A DNA stretch of 64,000 bases, from positions 144,133 to 208,132 of the forward strand of contig NIVC01002064.1 of the NCBI GenBank assembly GCA_002269645.1, given 5' to 3'. This document shows, one piece after another, positions 27,033 to 39,000 of the stretch (the first letter of the stretch is position 1; the number at the start of each line of letters is the position of its first letter). The position numbers and the translations under genes were made by a program. This DNA is from Macrostomum lignano. Its lineage: Eukaryota. Under the pieces are notes generated by a model. It made no database searches, had not been told where the DNA came from, and saw only the letters and a list, made by a program, of their open reading frames with translations.

Positions 27033-30000
27033 CTACAGCCAGGTGATCAGCGGCAGCAGCGAGGCGCTAGAAATCCGGCCAACCTGAAAGTCCAAGCTGA
27101 CCCCGTCCAGGAAGTTCAGCGGAAACTCCACCAGGAAGCCGCGAACCTCGGTCTCCAGCTGGTGCACCGCCTGCTCCCGGTCGGTGGCGGCCAGGCTGGG
27201 CTCGCTAACCCAGTCTCGAAGCTCCTTGTAGTTGCTGGTCCGGTCAGTGGGGTAGCAGTGGAACACCTGCTCGAATATCTCCGTGTTTCGCCGGGCCGTG
27301 GCCGACCAGACCTCGTGGAAGAATTGGTCGCTAGTTGGGTCGGCCAGAGCCTGGTTGGCGGGATCCGAGATGGACAGGCCGAGGTGCTCGCGCATCAGGC
27401 AGCGGCGCAGCGAGCCGCAGAACGAGCCGGCCTGGGCCGGAGCGGCTGACGCCGCCGCCTGCCAGTCGGCCGGTGCCAAATCCGAGCCGGAGTCCTCGAA
27501 TCGAACCGCGATCTCCGAGTCCCGGTAGCCTAGCAACGACCGGTCGTTGATGTTGGCGGAGCCGATGATGGCGACTCGATCGTCCGCTATCATCAGCTTG
27601 CTGTGCACGTAGATGAGCTCGGAGACCAGCTCGCCGCCAGCCAGCTGGCCCCAGGTTCGCAGCGCGCAAACGGACAAATAGTCGGACGCTTGAATGCCCG
27701 CATCGGACAGCTGGGCCATCATGGAGCTCTCAGATCGGCACAGGCAGGCGTAGGTGTGGTGCAGGATCTTCTTGATGCTGTCAGCGCTGCTGGGACTCTC
27801 GGCTACGTCGCCTTCGAACTGCGGCAGCAGCGGCAGCACCAAGTAGACGCGGAATTTCCGGCCCTCTCGATTGGCTCGGACGATCCGCTGGACAAGCCGG
27901 CTGGCTATGGGGTTCTGCACCGGCCACTTCCGGCCGAGGGTCTCGTCTGCGCAGCTGATGAAGAACTGGTTCTCAATGTAGACATAGTACTCTGAGTTGT
28001 CGATCGCGTCGCACATAGCGCTGAGCACGGACGTCTCGGGCTCCTCAATGCCGCCGGACCACATGCCCAGGCTGCGCAGTACGTTCACTCGATTGGCAGA
28101 CTTTGGCGCGATGCTCTTGAATGGCAGCGGCGGCTGACGGACCGACGGCTTGCTGTTCGAGTCTGTTTGGGACAGGTCAGATTTTACCTGGTATTGATGC
28201 TGCTGCTGCTGCTGCTGAGGCTGGTGGTGATGCAGCCGGTCCAGCAGCCCGAGAAAAGTGCGCCGCTGCCCCGGCTGCTTGGCCGCGCTGGCCGCATTCT
28301 CGCCGTCAGCGTCCGGCTCCAAGTCGCTGTTGTCCGGCCCGGCCGGCTCCGGCTTCAAAGATTTTGGCATGAGCAGCGGCAGCTGGCAGCCGGACTTGCT
28401 CTTCACGGTGAAGTTCCAGCGCTCGATGAAGTGTCGGGCCACGTCGCGGGCAGCGTTGCCGCCGACGACGCAGCCGATGTCGTGCCAGGGCATCCGGGGC
28501 ACGCGGCCGCGGTCAACCAGCTCTGCGGGTTGCGGTCGGGCGGGAGGGTTCAAGCTCGAAACTTCCCAAAAACTTGAAGATTCGGAAGGGGAGTGACAAT
28601 CTTATACCGTAGATCGAAGGTACTGAGGGGAGTGACAATCTCACAGATAGAAGGTACTGAGGGGAGTGACAATCTCACAGATAGAAGGTGCTGAGTGGAG
28701 TGACAATCTCACAGATAGAAGGTACTGAGGGGAGTGACAATCGCACAGATAGAAGGTACTGAGGGGAGTGACAATCTCACAGATGGAAGAACTAAACAGA
28801 GTGACAATCTCACAGATGGAAGAACTAAACAGAGTGACAATCTCACAGATAGAAGGTACTGAGGGGAGTGACAATCTCACAGATGGAAGACTAAACAGAG
28901 TGACAATCTCACAGATAGAAGGTACTGAGGGGAGTGACAATCTCACAGATGGAAGAACTAAACAGAGTGACAATCTCACAGATAGAAGGTACTGAGGGGA
29001 GTGAGCTCAACAAAGGTGCTAATTATCTTTTAAAAAACACGCAGATGCACGATGGCGAGACCGCTATCAACCAGAGGGGACCTCTATATTCTTTCTCTGA
29101 AACTCAGCTGAAGCAGAGAAAAAGAGGAAGGGAAAGTGTGTCTTCATCTCCCCAGTGAAGCGGAGCAGCTGTGGGGAGACGAGAAGCGGATTATCCCAGC
29201 CTTGCCTGCATTGCTCACTCAGTCTTTATCTTACGAAAAAAAGACTGAAGCATGAAACAAGCTGAATAAGGGGATGAAACTATTCAGAACCCAGGACTCA
29301 AAAATTTCCTGGATTGGCACCGTTTGTGGCTGTGTGCACCCTGGCGCACTTTAGGCGACATTGTCGCACAACCGGCGAGAGGCATTGCTGCCCATTCCGC
29401 CGACTCCCCTGAGCAGGCACACAAGCGGCGCGGATACGTACGCAGTCATACGCACAGGCACGCACTCACACAGAAGTGTACAGCGGCGCTAACTTTATTT
29501 ATCGTTAGGCATGTACACTTCACTGTGCCTTGGGGTTGGCCATCAAGACCGTTAATTGCACGAGCAGAGCCAAGCCGAGATTCCAATTCAGCCCCAAATT
29601 AATGTGGCTGGAATCGAGCCTGGGCCGCTGGCACATCAGAGGGCCGCGCTGGACCACTGGACTACGCCCCCCGTCTGCCCCCTACAACTTTAGCATAGTA
29701 GATAGACTAGCCTTTCCTGCCCCCCTTCGGGAAAATTAAGAATCCCTTTAAATAAGTGACACCCTCCCCAGCTTCTCAAAAAGTTTAGTCTACACTTTTT
29801 AGGTTGACAGAAATACAAGTAGAACGCACAATCAGTTTAGTACATGTAAAGTTTGTGCTTTCCTCCAGCTTTCCTCCAGTCCAGAACAGTTCCGGGGGTC
29901 CCTGTCGCGACTCTCGGTTCGAAACCTCCTTCTCAGGCCTCAGCAGCTGCTATAGATTTGTGCTTTAAAATCTATTCCAGAAAGCGGTAAATCCGATAAG

Positions 30001-33000
30001 TAGCTTACGACCACGAAAAACTTTTATAGACTATAGAGCTGTGTGAGTATGAAGTGGATAAATATCTTCCCCTTTAAAAGTCCCTTTTAATCAATTTCGC
30101 TAATCGCGAGAATATCGATTGGGATTCTGAGAGGCATGGAATATGGCTCGCAAAAATAGCATGCAAGAGTAACTTATGGAATGTAAAATTTCTAATTAGT
30201 TGCTTTTATACACCATGCTTTACTGCAAGTAGAATGATTCTGATTTTGTCATAGAGTGTCGGATTCGTAAAATCGTAACCTGCCGTCATTAGCTACCTGA
30301 TGAGTGATATCTGCGTACCATATGAAAAACAAATTATATACATGTAGGAATAATCCGGACTTGACCGATATGTAGCGCAACTCAGTTTATTAAGCTCAAT
30401 TTTATACACATTACCGAAGTTTACTTTTAGCCGATATGTAGAGTAAGAAACTAAATAAAGCAACATTTCATATTGAAAATAAAAAACCTGCTCACCCTCT
30501 TCGGGTAGGTGCAGTCGCACGGGCTCCTTGAGAATCCAGTTGACGTAGTCTTTGCCGCGCCACATCCGAATTTTCGCAGCCTCGTCCGGCCTGATGGCGA
30601 AGTTGGGGTCGATCTCGTAGCTGAAATGAATTTCCAGGTTTTCAGGGCGGGTTTTTAGATATATTTATGGCCTCCCCTACAGCACAGGTGTTATATTTAT
30701 GGCCTCCCCTACAGCACAGGTGTTATATTTATGGCCTCCCCTACAGCACAGGTGTTATATTTATGGCCTCTCTTACAACACAGGTGTTATATTTATGGCC
30801 TCTCTTACAACACAGGTGTTATATTTATGGCCTCTCTTACAACACAGGTGTTATATTTATGGCCTCTCTTACAACACAGGTGTTATATTTATGGCCTCTC
30901 TTACAACACAGGTGTTATATTTATGGCCTCTCTTACAACACAGGTGTTATATTTATGGCCTCTCTTACAACACAGGTGTTATATTTATGGCCTCTCTTAC
31001 AGCACAGGTGTTATATTTATGGCCTCCCCAACAGCGCAGGTGTTATATTTATGGCCTCCCCTACAGCACAGGTGGTATATTTATGGCCTCCCATACAGGA
31101 CAGATAATATATTTATGGCTTCCCCTACAGGAAAGGTGATATATTAATTTTGCCCTTCTACAGACGGAATGGAGATAGAGATAGTAAAAATATATTTGCC
31201 TTTTCCAATACACGGGGGGGGGTTGATTTATTTGCCTTGGATGATTACCCCCTCCCCCCACCAGCCAGTAAAGCTTTCGGGAATGGCAAGCAGACAGACA
31301 GAGCCACAGTGACTATGGATGCAGGGCATTAGGCAGGAGCAGCCAACAGGAACAGAAGACGAGATGGCGCCATTGTTTAAGAACTGATAATCAGCGGCGT
31401 AAGCTATAGACTCCCCAATATCCCGCCGCTCCATCAGCCAGTAGTTAAGGGCAAAAATTCAGTAAGGGATTTTTTCAGCCATAAGCTAACCCAGGATTGG
31501 CGCACTTTGGTAGGCACTGGGGAATTGCAATTCCACAGGGGAGACAGAAAATCCCGAGATGAGGGGAGAGAAGCGGGCGGTATGGGATTGAATGCAATAG
31601 GAAAGTGCACAGGTCCCGATTAAACTTTCCTATTGAATTGGGCGGCATAGTGACGAATGTAGAGACAAAGAGACAGAGGGGAGCTGAGAGGATGTTATGC
31701 TTCAGAATCTGAGTTATAAGTCTCAGGTTAGTAATGTGAGGCTTCAGAATCTGAGTTATAAGTCTCAGGTTAGTAATGTGAGGCTTCAGAATCTGAGTTA
31801 TAAGTCTCAGGTTAGTAATGTGAGGCTTCAGAATCTGAGCTATAAGTCTCAGGTTTAGTAATGTGAGGCTTCAGAATCTGAGCTATAAGTCTCAGGTTTA
31901 GTAATGTGAGGCTTCAGAATCTGAGTTATAAGTCTCAGGTTAGTAATGTGAGGCTTCAGAATCTGAGCTATAAGTCTCAGGTTTAGTAATGTGAGGCTTC
32001 AGAATCTGAGCTATAAGTCTCAGGTTAGTAATGTGAGGCTTCAGAATCTGAGCTATAAGTCTCAGGTTTAGTAATGTGAGGCTTCAGAATCTGAGCTATA
32101 AGTCTCAGGTTAGTAATGTGAGGCTTCAGAATCTGAGCTATAAGTCTCAGGTTTAGTAATGTGAGGCTTCAGAATCTGAGCTATAAGTCTCAGGTTTAGT
32201 AATGTGAGGCTTCAGAATCTGAGCTATAAGTCTCAGGTTAGTAATGTGAGGCTTCAGAATCTGAGTTATAAGTCTCAGGTTTAGTAATGTGAGGCTTCAG
32301 AATCTGAGCTATAAGTCTCAGGTTAGTAATGTTATGCTTCAGAATCTGAGCTATAAGTCTCAGGTTAATTAATGTGAGGCTTCAGAATCTGAGCTATAAG
32401 TCTCAGGTTAGTAATGTTATGCTTCAGAATCTGAGCTATAAGTCTCAGGTTAGTAATGTTATGCTTCAGAATCTGAGCTATAAGTCTCAGGTTAGTAATG
32501 TTATGCTTCAGAATCTGAGTTATAAGTCTCAGGTTAGTAATGTTATGCTTCAGAATCTGAGCTATAAGTCTCAGGTTAGTAATGTTATGCTTCAGAATCT
32601 GAGTTATAAGTCTCAGGTTAGTAATGTTATGCTTCAGAATCTGAGTTATAAGTCTCAGGTTAGTAATGTTATGCTTCAGAATCTGAGTTATAAGTCTCAG
32701 GTTAGTAATGTTATGCTTCAGAATCTGAGTTATAAGTCTCAGGTTAGTAATGTTATGCTTCAGAATCTGAGTTATAAGTCTCAGGTTAGTAATGTTATGC
32801 TTCAGAATCTGAGCTATAAGTCTCAGGTTAGTAATGTTATGCTTCAGAATCTGAGTTATAAGTCTCAGGTTAGTAATGTTATGCTTCAGAATCTGAGTTA
32901 TAAGTCTCAGGTTAGTAATGTTATGCTTCAGAATCTGAGCTATAAGTCTCAGGTTAGTAATGTTATGCTTCAGAATCTGAGCTATAAGTCTCAGGTTAGT

Positions 33001-36000
33001 AATGTTATGCTTCAGAATCTGAGTTATAAGTCTCAGGTTAGTAATGTTATGCTTCAGAATCTGAGCTATAAGTCTCAGGTTTAGTAATTTTATGCTTCAG
33101 AATCTGAGTTATAAGTCTCAGGTTTAGTAATTTTATGCTTCAGAATCCGATCTTTCAACTTATATCTCGGCGGCAAAGTTAAAGTAATGCAGTTGAGTCG
33201 GCAGCAGAGATGGACAGAGGCAGAAGGGAACAGATAAAAAGACAGGCAGGTGAAGTGCAGGCATCCTTGACAACGCTATTCAGGTCAGCACTAGCATATA
33301 TGGCCACTTAAATAGCCAATAGGCAGTGCATAGCATGCCTGCCCCCCGGTGATTTATTGGGGATTCTCAAAAAACAAAAGTGGCGCTGCTGCTGCTGTGT
33401 GTGTGTGTGTGTTTGCTAGCAGGCAATAGGTAGGTCCTTGAGTACAAAATTTGCTCAGCGGCGGTGAAGACTAACTAACTAATTAATTAGCAATTGTCAG
33501 TTAAATTAGTAAGAGAGGGCCTAAGCTGGCAAAGCTTAGAAAGAGACGGAAAAACTAGGAGCGCTGAAGAACCCAGGAGAAACAATGAGAATTCAGAGTT
33601 TGTGGCTACAATGAGTTTAAGCGCAACCTGAAGGCATAGAATTTCCGCTAGTCAAAAGTTTTGGTGCTTATAGAAGTTGAAAAAGGACATGAAATACTGG
33701 GAAATGAGGAACTGGGACATGAGAAACTGGGACATGAGAAACTGGGACATGAGAAACTGGGACACGAGAAACTGGGACATGAGAAATTGGGACATGAGAA
33801 ACTGGGACATGAGAAACTGGGACAAGAGAAACTGGGACATGAGAAATTGGGACATGAGAAACTGGGACATGAGAAACTGGGACATGAGAAACTAGGACAT
33901 GAGAAACTGGGACATGAGAAATTGAGACATGAGAAACTGGGACATGAGAAATTTGATATGAGAAACTGCGGCAGGAGAATCATTAGGCTTCAGCAGCTCA
34001 GACACTGATGACGCACACAGCAGCTTGACCGGGAGCTCACATTCCGTTGCTGTGCTCGCCTCGACGCAGGCGCTCCCTGACGCCACGCGTCACCCGTCGT
34101 TTCTCGGCGTTGCTCCGCAGAAAATTGCCCATCCGCTGCATTACGGGATCGTAATGCCGCACCTGCACCTGCCCGTCCTTCAGCCGCTTCGCGTCCGGTG
34201 TGTCCGCAACCAGGCGGCGATCGTCGTCGGCGCGACGCTCCTTGGCCGTCTCGACCTCGACGTCGGCACCAACGCCCGCTGCAGCCACGACGGCGTCAGC
34301 GGCCTCCGCTGTGGAAGCGTAGCGGCGGAGCACGACAGAGTCGCTGCCGCTGCCGCCGCCTCCGGCGACGTCGCCAGCGTCTCCTCCGCGACGAAGGATC
34401 TTGCGTAGTCGATCGCTGACAACTGAGGCGCGGCTCCAGGCACGGTCGGGCAGGGGCTGCTGCTGCTGCTTCTGGGCGACATCTTCAGCTCGCTCTGTCA
34501 CCAGAACTACCGTCCGACGAGTGTCCTGGCCTCCGACTTCGTCGGCTGAGCTCAACTCTGAGATTCTGTCCATCCCGGCCGGGCCAGCGGACGCGTCATC
34601 ACCGGCGGATGATTCGGAGTCGCTGTCGGCTCGGCGATCTGCCGCCGCGTTTTGCTGCAAGGTGTCGTTTTTTGTGTCGGTTTTGTGTTGATTTTGCTTT
34701 GTTGTTTTTGTTTTTGTTTTTTGTTTGTTTGTTTGTTGTTGTTGCTGTTGTTGTGGTTTTTGTTGTTGTGTTTGTTATTGATTTGTTGCTGTTGTTGTGG
34801 TTGTTGCTGTGGCTGCCGTTGTTTTGATTATTTTACTATCGTTTCTTTCTTTGTTGCATTTGTTGTTGTTTTTTTACAGAATTTTCTGTTCGCTAATTCA
34901 TTCATGCATGAACAACATGCATGTCAGGATAGTCTCTTTTGTTGGATTTTTTCCATTCAATTGTCTGCATTAGCAAACTTGCATGCAATAAACCGAGGGC
35001 CTCATGTATTATGCATTTTGTTCCATAGGCTGGCTGACAGTTTATTACAGGGGTCTGCTCAGGGTTCACAAAACAGCCTCGCGGATTATTGTTGAGCAGA
35101 GCAGTAAAGATGGATTAAGCGAGTCAGACCTGTACAGCTAAGGTCTCAGGAGGAGAGAGGAGAAGTACAGGGTTAGGGTTGGGGAGCAGATGGCGTCGAC
35201 TGGGATAAACTGGAGCTAATTCTTCCCTTTACTCCTTCGTTTCGCTTGCAAGGTTATCCATCTCAACTTGTCGCCTTAGAGTACAAGCACGCCTTGACAA
35301 GCGATTTTCAATGCCAAAGTGGTCCCAAGGCCCGTTTAGGCAGTCAAACAGAAACCTGGAGTTTTTATACATTAGGCAACTTACACTGTTTGTAGTGGCT
35401 GAGGCTCCGGCCGGTTTCACCTGGAAACGAGAGAGTTTGGAATATTTGTCTTAGTAATTATTGACTATAGTTACAGCCCTGTGAGTTCACTTTTAGTGCA
35501 AATAAAGGAAGACCTCTCTCAGGCAGAGGCTGTGCATTTAAAAGTACAAGCAGAACATGTAATATTTATGATTTTTATCAAAGAAGAAGACGTCTGCAAA
35601 AACATTGCTAAAGAAAAGCACAGGATCTAGACATCTGGATACCACAGTAAGTTTAGAATATAGTCAAGTTCTCTACTACCCAGAGAACAAAAACTGCATT
35701 AGAGCATGCAATGATTCTTATTGTGCGATAGCAGAAAGAATAAACCGTAAAAGAGTGAAACAAAAAAATGAGGAAGGACAACTTTAAATTTCGTTGCAAA
35801 ATGCACTGGGGAGATAGGAAGTGCTCAGTTTTTTAGCACTAAATTCGCAATATTTCAGTTTCTTGACTTCCGAATTACAAATTGAGCCAGCATGTCTTTT
35901 ATCCGAAGTGCGCTCACAAGTTTGTTGAGAAAAATAGAAAAAAGTGTTTTTTCAGCGGATTTCGAATCAAGGATCTGCTTGTTTTGCACTGCGCTAAATA

Positions 36001-39000
36001 GGCTTTCGCCGGTTCAGGAATAAGACATCTTGATAAACTTATAAAGACACACACTTGCTTCATTTGTAATTTATAAGTCTACAAGGTGAGATATTGAGAA
36101 TTTAAATGTAATGCATTTTTTCAGGAAAAACTTGCACGAGCGTCCTTCTACCAGTGCATGCAGTTGTCCGTGATAAACCGTAAGAAGAAACGCTTCAAAT
36201 GAGTTGACTCATTTATTGGTTTATTGATTATTGATTAATAATGTACTGTCGCGACCTTCCTATTCATTCTTTAGTTCATCGATCTTCACTTAATTGTCAT
36301 TGTTGTCTCTCTCTCTCTCTGGTTCAGTCTTGTTATTTTTTCTCTCTCCTCGCTGCCTTCTGATTGGCTCTTCGATCTCGCCTCTTTCTTTCGTCGCGCA
36401 CTCCACCCCATCCTTGTCTTATCTGGCACTCAACCCCCTCCCCTAGTTTATTGACGTGAATATACCCGGTTCACGCCCAAGGACCACTAGCATATAAGAG
36501 GACGTAAAACTCACGATTCGTGGAAAAATAGTTGAAGGTCGATTTTCGACGAAAAATGCATTAGCGAGATGGGAATTTTATACTTTTTAACCAAAAGCAA
36601 CACCTTGACCATACTATATCGTTGCAAGACATCAAAATATTTGTTTCCATTGAACCTTGCCGACATTGTTTTATATTGCTTTCTTTGGAATTTAATGTTT
36701 GCTTCGATTTATTTACATTTTAACTATATAGCAAATAATGCATAGCTATAGTATAGCTAGTCCTGTATGCCTACTATTTTGTGGCCTGTCAATCTATGCA
36801 AAAGTTTTCAGTTGACTTTGAACACTCTAATTTTCTGAACCATGTGTTGAGCTGTCGATATAATATAATATATCAGATTAAAAGTTAAAACATCATCTTC
36901 ATACGTGCGACTTATCAAAATTTATAGGGAAAAGAAAAATCGGCCTTCAACTATTTTGCCACCATTTTAGAGTGTTGGTGTTGCTTTCAACTCAAATTAG
37001 AGCGAGTGTCTCTTGATTTGCTCTACACCAGTGTTTTCTCTGCATAGTACATCTATATATGTAGAACATATATCAGCTTAATCATGCCCCTCGGACCAAT
37101 ATTCTCGAACAATAAGCAGCTACCTGAACTGTAGCTCTAAAGCAGCCAGGGAGTGTCTTTTGTCAAACTAATAGTTGTCTCAAGTTTCCTAAACTAATAA
37201 TTCACAATAGAAAGTCACGCTCTTGATGTAGACCTGCTATTGTTTGCAAGTTCAAGGGCTAGTAGTGAAAAGAAGCAAGCAGATGAATGAGAAAATGCCT
37301 AAATTGATTCAGCTGGGCATAGGATAGCATAGTAAAGCGTGAGCACACTGTATAGACAGAAAACTGAAAGAGAGACACGGGCTAAGCGCCAACTGACTTG
37401 AATAGTGCCCTGCGGCGTGAAAGCATTAGACTCGTATAGTCTGGAAAAGTGCTGCAACTCCTGAAGCTTGTGCAGCCAAGCGGCTCGTCTCAAATCGGCT
37501 CTGCGCGACGAGTTCGGCGAGTGCAACGACTGCGAATTGGCGAAGTTGTCCATTTTTTTGGGGTGGTGGTTGGCGTTGTTTCTCTTTTTAGAACGATTGT
37601 ACGCAGGGAAATGTACGGTAGCTAGCCAAAAGATACAAAAGCAAAAGCTTTTGATTCGCTAACGTCAATTGGCCAGGCATTTACGCAGAATACACATTGA
37701 AATGGGAAACTATAGGCTAATGTTATTAAAAATAATAATGATGGATTACACCTGCCCCAATTGGGCCAGATGCAGATATTGCGCGGCGCATCTGAAGGTT
37801 AGGTACGGCTGTTCAGTCCAAGGACTGGGGGGGGGGGTCGCCACACACACAACCCTCAATAGCCCCAGCTAGCTAATACTGGCACCTATTTTATAGAGCA
37901 ATGCAGAGTTAAGTATCTTGCTCAAGGACATACATTTGTTCTTCAAGTCGTGAGTCCGATGCTTTAACCACTGGGCTACAACTCCCTTATGGGCTAAATT
38001 TGCTATCGCTTATGCCAAAACTCACGAGGGCTATGAAATAAATGACTTTATCATAGGACAAGAGCTTATGTCATCAGCACTTCTGGGTGTTTGTGGCAGA
38101 GAGTTAGCCCAGTTCTACAGAATCATATATAAGATGCTGCAGACTATCAGCCTGCCTTAATGTCATTAAACTCTTACACGACAAATTAGCACTTAGCATT
38201 GGGACTCCCATCATATCAAATGCGCTTCAAGCTGTATTATAGAGCAGATCTGGGGCTGGTAGAGAAAATCCATAACTTTTTGGATCAACAGCATTGGTCG
38301 AAAATTTTCGCAGAACTAGATTGGCATTGGTTCGTATTAAATATCTTTACACTAATCCTAGTGAGCTATTTGATGCAACAGCTGACGATAATCCCTGTAC
38401 GAGTGTACTATTAAAGTCTAATATAAGCTGATTAAATTTAATTATGCACAGTTTCTGGAATAATTCTGCTAAACTCCACTATGCTAAACAAGATTTAAAT
38501 ACGTACGCAATGCAGCAAACTTACTGTTAGCACGGGAATGAGCGGCGGGTACTTGGTCCAGTCTGAGTCGCCCAAGTCCGTAATTCGATGCTGCTGAGTG
38601 TCCCAGCGCCCCCAGCACAGGTCGATTCCGCCAACGAATGCCAGCTTCTGGTCGACCACTACTAGTTTTTCGTGATGCGCCCACAGGAACTCCCAGGAGG
38701 ACAGGTGATTTGGATGACGCAACACGTGAATGTTACACTTGTTTAGCGTGCGCAGCATCAGCTTCGTGTACCAGCTGTCAATCTTCAGCGTGTATTTCAC
38801 CTATGGAAATTAAAGTCAAATTACGAGAAAGTAATTGCCTAGAGCATACAAAATTGATCTAAGTATAGGAATCCCTCTGTATGAAACTCTTGTCACGAAG
38901 ATGGAGCTGGGTAGGACTCACTCTGTGGGGGACTCTCTGTCACCAAGATCGAGCTGGGTGGGACTCACTCTGTGGTGAACTCTCTGTCACCAAGATCGAG

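Noticed and set aside
26283-27087. (VQVSDPG)n and (FKFQIPV)n ORFs
   Set aside because: Translations of a 21-bp minisatellite. The same applies to ORFs at 1-468, 7587-8224, 13391-13894, 19235-19909, 20323-21124, 30667-31147, 32374-33084, 33648-34008, 57321-57795, 61131-62328 and 62769-63472.
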